Part shown: positions 51,216 to 63,420 of the stretch, one piece after another
Numbering within the stretch: the first letter of the stretch is position 1
Layout: every line of letters begins with the position of its first letter
Assembly (NCBI GenBank): GCA_030295235.1
Contig: AP026124.1
Span: 2,108,001-2,172,000 of the forward strand
Length of the DNA stretch: 64,000 nucleotides
Reading direction: 5' to 3'
Source of the DNA: Fistulifera solaris
Lineage: Eukaryota
Translations under genes and position numbers: made by a program
Notes under the pieces: generated by a model
The model's database searches: none
What the model saw: the letters and a program-made list of their open reading frames with translations, nothing else
Told to the model about the DNA's origin: nothing

Positions 51216-52495
51216 CTAACTTATATCAAACATAGGTTCGTCGCCACGAGTCGGTGGCTCGTCGGGAAATAAGAACCATGGATGATGCAATACTTCTTTT
51301 AAGGTCAGACGCAGTCTCGGATCCACTTGTAGCAAATTTTTCAATAGGTGCTCTCCTTCCGGACTCAGCCGCACACCCCAGTCCGACAATAGTTGGGATA
51401 ACCCTTGCGTCATCCAGTAAAATTGCGGGTCCGATGCATGCGGACGTTGATATGATCGATTACCCGTCACCATGCAAAACAGAATGGTACCGGCGGTCCA
51501 TAAATCGGCCGCCTCCCCGTCAAAGCTATCGCGATTTCGGAAAATTTCGGGTGACATGTACGGAAGTTTTCCACAGGCTCCTTGCGGCTTGAAAAGGCAG
51601 CGCTGCGGAGTGTTCTTACTGACATGAGCTAAGGCAGTTGCCTCCAGAATATCCATAGTTCGATCCGCGCCATCGGCTATTTGATAGGGAACTCTTAGGC
51701 ACATGCCCATGTCAATAATCAGAGTTCCTTTTTATCAATCATAACATTCTCCGGGGAAAGATCTCGATGACAGATTCCCACCGAGTGTAGATGCTGTAAA
51801 CCCGAAATGATTTGACGAAACCAATACCGTGTTTCGCCTTCCGATAAGCCCGGAGGTTGCTCGCCCGGCAATTCCGCACGGGACGATTGTACATCTTGCA
51901 GTAGTTGAAACAAGTCACCCGAATCGCAATACCGCAACACGACGTTGAGATTTTTACCATCAAATAAGACAACCTCACATCCCAAAACGTGCGGATGTTC
52001 ATCACCAATCAATTGCATGGCGGCAATTTCTTTGAGAGGATCTTCCGCGTGGCGATTTCGCAATTGCTCCATCCGTTGACAATAATTCACTTTCACCGCC
52101 ACCAGCCGTTCCGTCCATTGAAAAACTACATCATCATCATCCCCGTAACTACTATCATCATTATCATCATCATCACTTTGACTCTCGCCGTCATCTTTGC
52201 TACACCGCTTCAAGACGCGACAGATCTCCACGTGTCCCATGATCGTTTTGATGGGCGATTTGTGTGCCACTTTCCAGTACGCTTCTTTCACTTGATGGTC
52301 ACCGTCATCACCTTCTTCTCCTCCTAACGTCGTCCTGGAATAATCACGAAAGAGAACATTACGAACAATGTCGTGCTGACCGGTCCTGGGGTTGTACACG
52401 AGGACATTGGCGCGTTTGCCGTAATAGTATTTGGCTTGAGGGAAAGGAATGGGATCCGACGGAGGGCCCAGGGTATCCATTGGTCGTCCTTCCAT
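51216..52495 (-). CDS. Ser/Thr protein kinase (CAMK-like); frameshift at ~51725
   Basis: VAVK, KEIAAMQ, HRDLSPEN, IIDMG, GKLPYMSPE, DLWTAG. Confidence 0.92.
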
Positions 52496-52907
52496 GCTTA
52501 TATTAAAATAATTCGTGGATAATGAGAATTGCACGGCTGGCTATTGGGAGAATTGCCAGCATTGCAACAACAACAACAACCAAAAAAAAGGCAAATGAAA
52601 TGCGCGTGCGAAATGCGAAATATTCTCGAGCCAAACGCAGCGCGTGCGCCAAGCTGCTTGGAAGTGTGACTGTAACTAGCGCTTTTAGTACCGCTAAGAA
52701 AGCGGAACTACTTTTGCTAGGGGGCCAACATGAAACGTCACAATCGGCGAGATTGCTTGCTGAACCGAGACAGAGTGAGAGCCTACGCAGTATGTCTTTC
52801 AAACGAATTCTAAAGCAGCTGTGATCGTTCTATTCGAAATTCACACACTTTCACCATTATGACTACAACTTTTCTCATCAAAATGGAACCATTTACTCCG
52901 TAACTAC

Positions 52908-53856
52908 TTATTGCCAAAACGTGATTCCATCGTTCGGGACAAAGACACCCCGCCACCGAAGAATGGAGTGATGCGTATCACGGGCACCAAACATATCTTT
53001 TAACTGTTCTTCGGCAGCAAACAAAGCATCTTGTGCGAGTTGGACCGCCGCACGCGACCAGCTCGCACGCCGGTGACCTCCCCATTTAGGGGAGACGGCG
53101 GGCGGCCCATTCCGTGGCTCGTTGGTTGTCTTCCAAAGCCGCGTAGGCCACGACAATCCCCGACAAGGCACCCATATGCCACGGCTTGACGGCCAGAACA
53201 ATCAACAACATCTTCTCGGCCTCCAGCCATCGTTTCTGTTGAATCATCAGCGTGGCCAGGCGATGAATGGGCTCCACCCAGTACACTCCGTAATGCTGAA
53301 TGATCTTACGAAGTTCACGTTCGGCATCGTCCCATCGCGGACTGCCCTCTGCTATAATCTGTTCTACTTTATACAGTCGAGACGCCGCTTTGTTTCCCCG
53401 CTCTTGGCACCAAAGATCCGCGAGATCCGCGACACTATCGTCGCCTTTGGCTAGATTTTGCAATAACGTAATTTCCACAGATCGGCGTTCCCGTTCAAGA
53501 GTTGTCAAAAGTGGTGCTGGAGGTAATTCTACGTCGACTCGACTCGGTGGTGCATGAATCAGATCGGTGGTTGGCAATGTATCGAGAAAAGGAAGGACGG
53601 AATGCCATCCATTCGACGGAAAATCTTCCTCATCTCGAAAGGGATGCGCACTGATAGTCAACAAACTCTCCAAGCGCTTTCGAACTTCCTCGGCATCGAA
53701 GTGGTTGTTGTCATCGTCTGGGAGAGTGCTGAAAGACCTGGCCGATGACAGGAGCCGGAGTGACTGGAGTGTCGTCACGAGAAAAGCAAATACTATACAT
53801 TTGCCTGAGATAATAATTGTTAAAGGAAGATAAACCGACAACAACAGTCTTTTCAT
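52908..53856 (-). CDS. TPR-containing hypothetical protein with signal peptide; frameshift at ~53090
   Basis: WVEPIHRLATL...VLAVKPWHMGALSG TPR-like motif; signal ending VFA-F. Confidence 0.75.
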
Positions 53857-54456
53857 TTATTGAGTTGCAGGCAATGCGTCGTGTCAGCAAGATCCCAAGA
53901 AAAATTGTAGGCGTCGAACGGCAGAAAGATAAATTGAGTTAAATACAACGGAATCAATGATAGGTATTAATTGCAACAGCAATCGGCTTGCAGTCACCGC
54001 GCTGTCAAGAATGTGTTCCAAATTGACGGTTCATCTCAATGCTACGCGTTCTGCGCGTCTGAAAAAGAACAGAAAAGAACCACGGAGTTAGTACAGTATA
54101 ATAAAAGAACGCGGGTTTAAAATTCTACCCAGTACAAGATTCTACGTAGCGTCCACGACCACGCAGCATTTTAACTTTTAACGTAACCCTCTTCTACTAG
54201 GTACAGTCCGTGAGGCCTTGGCGCCGACAGTCACAGCGGTACAAGACCGAAGTGACGTCGAGAGCGAGAAACCACTTTGAACTTTGAAAATCAACAAGAC
54301 TGCTTTGCACGACATCACGGCAGGGTGCCAAAGCATTACTTTGTGTGTTGCTAACATGGTACTCTAGGAATTGATAATTGGTCCCTTCATATTTCAAATA
54401 GGCAGGAATAGAATTAACTTGCATACAATCTTCTTCAAGGAAGCGCACCAGCAAAT

Positions 54457-55586
54457 ATGCGCCTGACATGCAAAGGACTCTCTGCTTTCCTGTTGGCCGC
54501 AGCCGGCTGCTCTGCCTTTTCTCCACAATCTCGTTTGTTCGGCATGCACTATCCGTCGACACACGTTCATAAAGTGCAACATCTTGTCACAGCTCTGGCT
54601 TCCACATCATCCGAGAAAGCAACAGCTGCATCGTCCTCTCTTCCGGGTCCCAGTTTGGATGGCAAACGAGTCCTACCGTATCGTATTCTAGCAAGCTCCT
54701 TGAAAGGCCAACAGCCCGTAGCGGCGGTCTACGCGATCCTTGGCTCGGATTATCAACGCGGCCAGGAGGGTTGGAATGCCGCCATTCACGTTGGCATTTC
54801 ACAGGATTTGATGGCCGCCTTGGAAAGTCATGTCGAAAAGCACGACGGTCCCAGTGTGGCTCACGTGCGTGCCATTTCGTTTGCCGCGCCGCAACCGAAT
54901 GCCATGCAAAAATTGCTTCCGATTGGAAAGCATTGGCACGAGAAGCCGGTGCTTCTTTGCAGGATTGGGGTGATGATGTATTGGGGCATTTGTACGATGA
55001 TGATGACGATGACGACGATGATGATGACGAATTTGAGGATGATGTCCCAGGTGGAGACAATGTAGTCTCACCGTTCGAGTTGCCATCCGTCTCAGTTACC
55101 AAAGACGACGGAACATTTCTGGAATTGACAGTGGATAATGTGGATAAAGTCTTGGATGAAGTACGACCGTATTTAATAGCAGACGGAGGCAACGTAGCCG
55201 TCGATCGAGTGGACAGTGAGAGGGGGGATATTTATTTAAAGTTGGAGGGGGCATGTGGTTCTTGCCCATCTTCTACTGTAACCATGCAGATGGGAGTTGA
55301 GCGGGTTCTACGAGAGAACTTTTCCAATATCAATCAAGTCCTGCGCGTGGACGACGACCCATTCAAGCCCAAGGAATTAACATGGGGAGCAGTGGAACAG
55401 GAAGTGAAACGATTAGGCTCGGCCATTGTTGCCATGGGCGGAGTCATGAGATTACTGGATGTAGATGCGAGCACCGGTATTGTCAAACTCTTATTCAAGG
55501 GTCCGAAACGGGTTCAGCAAGGTCTGGAACTAGCCCTTCGTGATGTCGAGTACGTGACTGACGTTGTCTTCATCGAGGAAGAATGA
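54457..55586 (+). CDS. Plastid NFU-type Fe-S carrier with N-terminal GIY-YIG-like domain; frameshift at ~54910
   Basis: Presequence GCSA-F; VRPYLIADGGNV...LEGACGSCPSS NFU domain; second degenerate NFU domain without CxxC. Confidence 0.9.
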
Positions 55587-55714
55587 ACGAACAATGCCTT
55601 TTCTGTCCATGTATAACCCCAGGGAATTATGAAGTCATCTTCCTCCTGCTTTCTCCTACGTTCGGAACCTACATTATATTGAGTATTTTTCAAAAACATT
55701 TAGAGCAGCTTTAT

Positions 55715-56337
55715 TTATTTCTTTTTCTTGGATTGGATTTCTTCTGTACCCGTCATACCACTAAATAGTTGACCCAACATCTTGCTGGGATCCTTTTGTA
55801 GCTCCATTTGCTTCTTCATCTGTTCTCTCTCTTCCGGATCTAAACCTTCCATCATTTTGGGCATCCAGAACATAAGAATCACACTCACACCCATCATGAG
55901 AAACATGGGATTTTTCAGGAGCGAAAAATAGAAAATCCGCGTCGCGGCTCAAAATACTCATACTTGGCCACGGCAGTTAACACCAATGGATATTTGGCAA
56001 ACTGCTTCTTGGCTCCGGGGTATAAATATTCGAGACACTTGGGGTCCGCGCTTTCGTCTTCCAGTAATTGAATTTTGATTTGCGGGAAGTGATAGACCGA
56101 AGAGAATACATCAAGTTGATGGATACCCGGAGGAACATTGTACAGCGCAAACGAACCGTCGGCACGTGAATAGGTCGCAATTTCCCCGTGATTCAGAACA
56201 ATGCGACTGGTGAGATTGAATGCGAGTCCGTCGGTGAATTGAAGTCTTCCTTCCAGCGTCTTGGCGGCTACGACGGCCGATGAAAGGCACCAAAGAAGAA
56301 GGATACGAGTAAATGATACTTTCGATGATAATATCAT
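55715..56337 (-). CDS. EMC7: ER membrane protein complex subunit 7; frameshift at ~55920
   Basis: Signal peptide, DGSFALYNVPPG, YFEPR, KNPMFLMM..MPKMM..DPE. Confidence 0.9.
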
Positions 56338-56590
56338 GGTTAGCTACAAATTGAATTGGAAGAATAACCAAGCTTTATTCTTTATTTGTTACTCCGTATT
56401 TTTTTGTTTGTGTGCAAAGTTTTCGGTCTCTTGCGCGTGCGACAGACGGACGATATTGCTCGTGACTCACTCGTGAATCGATGCAACAAACAAAACAAAA
56501 CAAAACAAAACAAAAAAAGAACACGCGCAAAACCACTTCGCAACTATATTCGAGTAATAAAAAATGAATAGCATCTGAAAACATTTATAC

Positions 56591-57578
56591 ATGGAGAACT
56601 ACAAAGTAATCAAAGCATTGGGCCAGGGAACATGGGGTGTCGTTCACATGGCCACGCAAATCGCTACCGGTCGGATTGTTGCCATCAAGAAGATCAAATC
56701 CGAACGACCCGAAGAGGGTATCAACTTTACTGCCGTGAGAGAGATCAAATTATTGCGAGAATTCAAACACGAAAACATCATCGAGTTAGTTGACTGCTTT
56801 ACCACACCTGATTTGGGTGTCTGCCTCGTATACGAGTGTGCGTTTACCGACCTGGAAAAAATCCTATCGAACAAAGCCATTCCTGTGTCTCTTTCGGATG
56901 TCAAGCAGCATATGAAATCCCTGTTGACCGCTATAGCAGCGTGTCATGATCGGTGGATATTACACCGCGATTTGAAACCCGGTAAGAAAAATGATAATCA
57001 TTTTTGGAGTTGAAATGCAACGCATATCTCTCATGCGCTGGATTTCAGACAACATGTTGTTTCTAAAAGACGGAACCATGAAATTGGCAGATTTTGGTTT
57101 AGCGCGAATGTATGGTACGCCCAAACTACGTTTATCACCGCAAGCGATTACATTGTGGTACAAACCTCCGGAGCTTCTTCTTGGTTCGACGGAATATTCC
57201 TCCGCGGCAGATATGTGGAGCGTAGGATGTATCTTTGCCGAACTCTTACTCCGCCGTCCGTTTTTGCAAGGCAAACAAACGGATATATCTCAGCTGGATA
57301 CTATATTTACTGTCTTTGGTACTCCGAACGAATCCAACTGGCCCGATTACGAAACACTACCACTTTGTACCCGAGGCCTTGAATGGGACGATACATCGCC
57401 GATCCCGTTCGATGAGATCTTTACGGCTGCTCCGAAAGACGCCATTTCGTTGCTAAGATCCATTATGGTATTGGATCCCAATATGCGTTTCACGGCGTCT
57501 CAGTGTTTAGATCATCCATATTTTTCCAACGATCCACCACCGACACCTAAGGGAAAACTTGTGCTGTCCGCAGGGTAA
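56591..57578 (+). CDS. CDK7: CDK-activating kinase CDK7/CDKD; intron 56982-57048
   Basis: EGINFTAVREIKLLRE cyclin-binding helix, WILHRDLKP, DFGLAR. Confidence 0.92.
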
Positions 57579-57720
57579 AAATCGAATCATTATCACACGT
57601 TGTTCGTCTAAAAAGAATTAGAATCATATTTCGCTGCTTTTTTAGTAGATGAGCTTGGTTGAGAAAAGAAAATCAGCGTTGTAACCCTCCTCGCTACCGT
57701 CAGATCACAACATAAAAAAG

Positions 57721-57792
57721 CTCCGCGACGGGGAATCGAACCCCGGTCTCCCGCGTGACAGGCGGGGATACTAGCCACTATACTATCGCGGA
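57721..57792 (-). tRNA. trnD: tRNA-Asp (GTC), identical to the 7258-7329 copy
   Basis: Reverse complement matches the first copy; T6 terminator follows. Confidence 0.97.
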
Positions 57793-58195
57793 AACGCTTC
57801 ACGTCAAGCGTTTTTAGATTACACAGTCTCTTCTATTTTAATACGCTCGACGTACAGCCACTAAAAATCACTCTGCGAGCAAAAGGCGCAACAAAAATTC
57901 CATCCTTGGCTCACATCTTTGCGAGGAGGTACGTTTATGATGCAAACCATGGCAATTCTCTGACTTTAACTCTATTTTAGCCACTTTCGGTTGCTTAAAT
58001 ACGTAAAGGTGAACTCATGTTGCAACAGAGCGAGGCAGTTTTGGCAGAAGAAAGAAATATGTTGCTCGTTCACATTTAGTAATGTGGTAGACGGTAAACA
58101 GTATTTTCTCACCTTTTCCGTTTCTGTCAATCACAGAGATTATATTTCGTCTCGAACCATAGAAACTCGGAAGATTATTAGCAGTATCGATCAGC

Positions 58196-58885
58196 ATGTC
58201 GAAGCTCAACTCTCAGATTTTGGAACAAGCCGTCCAAGACATCCTCAAGTTCGCCAGCGGTGAGGATGTCCAGATCAACGGCGTCGACAAGAAGGGCAAG
58301 AAGCGCAACTTCACCGAGTCGATTGAAGCCCAGATCACGCTCAAGAACTACGACCCCGTTCGTGACAAGCGTTTCTCTGGAACTTTCAAGCTCCCCACCG
58401 TCCCCCGCCCGAAACTCAAGGCCTGCGTTCTTGGTAACGCTGCCCACTGTGAGCAGGCGGATCGTATCGGTGTCGATCACATGAGCGTTGAGGACTTAAA
58501 GAAGCTCAACAAAAACAAAAAGTTGGTGAAGAAACTTTCCAAGCGCTACGATTTCTTCATCGCTTCCGATAACCTCATTAAGCAGATCCCTCGTCTTTTG
58601 GGTCCTGGTCTTACGAAGGCCGGTAAGTTCCCCACGCTTTTGGCTGGCGGTGAAGACATGCAGGAGAAGATTGATGAAATCAAGGCTACCATCAAGTTCC
58701 AGATGAAGAAGGTCATGTGCCTTAACGTTGCCGTTGGAAATGTCGAGATGGACCCCAAGGAGATCATTGTCAACACCCAGCTTGCTGCGAACTTCTTGGC
58801 CAGTTTGCTCAAGAAACAGTGGCAGAACATTGGCCAGATTTACATCAAGACTACCATGGGTCCTTCTATTCAGATTTATTTCTAA
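58196..58885 (+). CDS. RPL10A: 60S ribosomal protein L10a (uL1)
   Basis: [36 protein letters not shown]; strongly biased codon usage. Confidence 0.98.
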   Translation: MSKLNSQILEQAVQDILKFASGEDVQINGVDKKGKKRNFTESIEAQITLKNYDPVRDKRFSGTFKLPTVPRPKLKACVLGNAAHCEQADRIGVDHMSVEDLKKLNKNKKLVKKLSKRYDFFIASDNLIKQIPRLLGPGLTKAGKFPTLLAGGEDMQEKIDEIKATIKFQMKKVMCLNVAVGNVEMDPKEIIVNTQLAANFLASLLKKQWQNIGQIYIKTTMGPSIQIYF

Positions 58886-58958
58886 ATGACAACCTATAAA
58901 AAAGTAGTTGGAAGTGGTAAACCTAGTGTTCATGTCAGCGACCGTTGAATCGAGTCCT

Positions 58959-60529
58959 CTAAACGCTGGGCCATTCATAGTCATCTTCGAATGCCGCGCC
59001 TGATTTGAAATCACAATGAACCTTCATTGCCTTAATGTAGAGTTCCTTCTCACGCAATCGATTGGCACTCCCCTCCGGAAAGTCGCTCACGTAGTCGTAA
59101 ACCTTGCAGCCATCGTAGTCCGCCAAAACTTTTTCTCCTTCGTGTTGATGACCTTTGTTGTGTTGAAGAGATGGGTCGACGAACTTGTTGACATCCTCTT
59201 GTGTGATTTGACGAGGAGGTGCCGGGACACCACATTTGTTGGTCAACTCGCTAACAATATTCTTCACTTCTTCCAAAGTGTCATTCAGAATGGCGTCGTT
59301 ACTGCTATACACACGGCACAGGCCCTCGCTGTTCTGGATCGCTCGCATATTGTAAATGATCCAAAGCCGGAGTCCATGTTCCAACGTAAAATTCTTTTCT
59401 CGCTTTTTTTAGCGACATAGCTACTTCGAGCGGATTGCGGTAGGTAAAGAGAATGGCGGGTACATTGTTCAGCAGGGGCAACCACGTTTTGAGCGTAATG
59501 CACATTCGCGGGTCTTTTGCAGCCACGGCGCATTGTTACTGTCATTTAAAAACGCCAAAGCAGTCTTGCCTTTTTTAAAGGTGATCTTGCCGCTTTCTTT
59601 ATTGGCCAGTGCCACATCGTCATGATAGTTTAGAACGTTCGAAGACCACCACACTTTTTGGCTGTTCATGAATTCATCATTTTGCAAAACGACATCCTGG
59701 AGAGAAAGAAATAGAAATGTTAAGCGCCTCAATCAGCCCGACATAGTTGTAAAAACTGTGAGGTTACTCACGAGACGTTCAAAAAATCCTTTCTCGTTGT
59801 CAAACGCAGACCCAATCAACGGACCCCCGTATTATAACCACTACCGGTGACCATTAACCCCGAAAGCATGCTGGTACCACTACGATGCATTCCCAATACA
59901 ATTACACCATGTACTCCGGCTGGAGGTTCTACATTATGAAGAGCAAGCTTCTCCTTGGCCTTTAGAGAAGCCGGATTGTCCCCGACACCGCGGTTTTTTC
60001 GTAAATGATTGACTTCCGCCGATGCTTTCTCGATCAAAGAACTGTCGGATAGTCCCAATTTCTGTCGTGACTCGGCAAACTGCTTCCTCATGGCTTCGGC
60101 GACTCCTTCCGCCAATCCTTGCATCGGTTCTTGCGGAAATCGTTTTAATTGATTCAAAATGGGGTCCATGACGGGTTTCAGCGCTTCGCCACGTTTCAAT
60201 TCCTTGGGTGTCTCTTCCGAGAGTAGCGGTGTCAGCGATATCAAAACAAGGATGTAAATTGCTAGGAAAATTCCCAAGCACACTGTCACTTGAAATCCGA
60301 ACGTCAGATACGAAGAGAAGCGCTGGTCTTGGAGGGCTTGCCGCGCCTTCGACGCGACCTTGGCTTGAGAGGATTTATTTCTGCATCGGATGCCATTCTT
60401 CCATGCTTTATCGAAGAGAAAAACAGATTCAGTTCGCGCTTCTTTGCCTGTTCCTTTACACAGTTCGACACAAGCCTTGTTGTGTACTCGAAGTTTGCCT
60501 TGCAGGACGATGTGCTTGTAAATGGCCAT
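58959..60529 (-). CDS. Golgi-type sulfotransferase-family protein; intron 59697-59771; frameshifts
   Basis: N-terminal TM anchor, 5'-PSB motif VLGMHRSGTSML, KDPR, 3'-PB motif YRNPLEVAMSL. Confidence 0.85.
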
Positions 60530-60912
60530 GGTCGCGTCTCGCGTCGAGGACGAAACAAGTCACAAAAGTCATCGGCCCTCAAGAGTCACACCAGCATTCG
60601 ATATCAATACCGCTGCGTTCTCACCGAATACTTTGCACAGCAAATTTATTTTCACGTTTTTGATTAAGTGAAAACCATGTTGACCCCTATCACCGTGTAA
60701 CATTCGACGATCGACAAAAGGAGACTGATACATAAAGTGTAGACGGGATGACATTCCTCTACTTATTATGCGATAGACATTTGAATAGCTATGTCGTGAG
60801 CGATGAGCGAAGGAGACCGCTTTTGTCACATTTTCCTTTTGTCGCGATGCACGGTTCGATACGAATAACCCAATCAAGATAAGCAATCCAATAATACAAG
60901 TGACACCTGAAT

Positions 60913-63257
60913 ATGACACGGAGTTCTCAGCTTGTTTTGCTGGTCAGTCTCCTTTTGCGACCAGTAGGAGCGCACCAATTTTATTACAGAATGCCAAATG
61001 GGTGTCGTCGTCGGTCTGGAATTTTCATCGCAATTTGCGCAATCGAGTCGAATCTTTTGAAACAGAGAATCTAATCTGCCAGGTGACAGAAGGTGAACAA
61101 GATGAATCAGAGTTGATTTCCATCGATTTCGACTTCTGGTACGCCATTGGTGTTGAACATCCTTTGGCCACCATGGATCTCTTGAAACTGGAGCATCAAT
61201 TGTTTCCAAATGATCGAAGACAATTTACTCTGGTGTTGGAGCAATGGAGATAGTCTAGTCGAAGCGAGAAACCACAATACTTCAGGCAGAGTTCTGACCG
61301 AAGCGGATGTAGATAAAAGACGATTTACGAGAAAAGCCCGAAACCTTGGCATCGTTGCCTTCTCTGTTGGCGGCCTTGATGAACAAACAGATTGTAAGTA
61401 CGCCAATGAATAGTTGCTTTTCATGAATTTCGGTGTATTTTTAGCTAAGATGAAACGTCTTTAACAGTGGAATGCCCCGAGAAAACGGCAAATCAATTGA
61501 ATGAGACAAAGTCAACACACTGCATCGTCGTCAAAGGGCAGATGAGAATCATAGCACATACAGGAAATGATGTTAGCTATGCCATTGCAAGTATCCGAGA
61601 TGGTCTTCAAACTGCTATGCAGGATTCGACCTTCCTTCATAAAATCGGGATGTATTTTATCCGGTTCCTCCAGTATCTAGGTGATTCGGAAGAGGAAGCC
61701 CTCTCACCGTTCGCCGAAAATAATGCAGTGGACTCGGACGGTGATGGCGTAAATGATACAGCAGATGCTTTCCCAAATAATCCAAAAAAGCCAACAGACT
61801 CAGACGGAGACGGTGGAGGTTGCAAGTCTGATGTACTTCCGAACAAACCCACAGGTACAATAGATTCGGACGGGGATTTAGTTGTCGACGAAGAGGATTT
61901 GTTTCCAAATGATCCCACCGAGCAGAAAGACCACGATACTGATGGTGTTGGAAATAATGCCGATGCATTTCCATGCGATTCTCTTCAAACAGTAGACACG
62001 GATGGTGATGGTGTAGGAGACGAACTGGATGCGTTTCCCGACAACCCCAATGAATTTCTGGATTCCGATGGAGACGGCGTGAGTGACAACACCGATGAAC
62101 TCCCTAATAACCCCACTGAGACGGTGGATACCGACGGTGATAGTGTAGGAGACAATTCCGATGCATTCCCAAATGATCCGAGTGAATTTGTGGATTCCGA
62201 TGGCGATGGTATAGGCGACAACTCCGATGCATTCCACAAGGATCCAACTGAAACGAAAGACTCGGATGGAGATGGCGTAGGTGACAATGCTGATGCGTTT
62301 CCAGATGATCCGAATGAATTTCTGGACTCAGATCTCGACGGTGTGGGTGATAACGTAGATGCTTTCCCCAACGATATCGATGAAACGACCGACTCAGATG
62401 GAGATAACATCGGGAACAACGCTGACAGCTTTCCTAATGATGCCGCTGAAACTGCCGACTCCGATGGAGACGGGGTTGGAGATAACGCAGATACATTTCC
62501 AGATAATCCTAAAGAAGTCGCAGATTCGGATGGAGACGGCGTGGGAAACAACGGAGATGCATTTCCCAACGATCCATACGAGTGGCAAGACACTGATAGC
62601 GACGAAGTGGGGGATAACGGTGATGCCTATCCAAACGACGAATCCAAAACCCAAGATAGCCGGGATGGAATAGGAAATGTGGTTGCCAATGAAGAAGATG
62701 ACCATGACAGTTCCGTTCCTCTCATTCTAGCACTAGGGCTTCCACTTATAGCGGTCCTCTTTCTCGCTAGTCTCTTTGCCGACAGGAAGAAGCAAGGAGT
62801 CGCTGCGAACAATGTGCGTGGGGCCCTTGTATTTAAGGGTACAGGAGATCCGCCCAAGAGCTACCACGAAGGACTTTATCATCACCTACGAAACGGAACG
62901 CGATATTTATCAACACGATGCGAATATTGTCTTGAGACCAGAAAGAACAGCTTTTATGTGGATGATAACCTGGGGACGATTCGCGAGGACGAAGTGTACG
63001 ATGACAACGTTTACGGTATGGATAGTATTCCCAGTTCCGACAGTTCATCAGGCCCACAAACTGGTCTTGCAGCCAAGTTCAAGGGTATGGATGTTCATAA
63101 GTGCAATAGTGCTTTGTGCCAAAGATGCCATCCGTCAAAAAAGCAAAGAATTCATTTTTACCTACCGGTCTGCGGCATGAGAGCAGCCGCAATCCCCAAG
63201 ACACGAATCAAAGTGGCGAAATTCCATTTTCGAGCGACGATTATCCTACCAAATTGA
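60913..63257 (+). CDS. Type I membrane protein with 14 TSP3-like DxDGDG repeats; intron 61394-61467; frameshifts in the N-terminal exon
   Basis: Signal-like MTRSSQLVLLVSLLL, repeat array, TM helix VPLILALGLPLIAVLFLASLFA, cytosolic Cys/His motifs. Confidence 0.8.
61731..62654 (+). repeat. Coding tandem repeat, 14 x 66 bp (22 aa)
   Basis: Consensus DSDGDGVGDNADAFPNDPxExx, counted from the translation. Confidence 0.95.
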
Positions 63258-63420
63258 ATTATTATAGTGAGCGATCCGAAGTATAGTGGTCGCATCGTAA
63301 CTCGAAGCAATCTGTAAAACAATAGAACACATGATTATGTACGCTGATATGCTGCTCTTTATAGACAATCTTAAAATTTACAAACGCATCTATCAGGTCT
63401 TTCAATGTCGTCGATGTGGC

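Noticed and set aside
54700..54950. Mobile homing endonuclease or Penelope element
   Set aside because: The GIY-YIG-like segment lies within a targeted host protein; no reverse transcriptase, intron or terminal repeats
56486..56519. (CAAAA)n tract between EMC7 and CDK7
   Set aside because: Simple low-complexity promoter tract; not telomeric
61731..62654. CRISPR-like array with 66-bp period
   Set aside because: Units are in-frame protein repeats with synonymous divergence; no repeat-spacer structure and no cas genes
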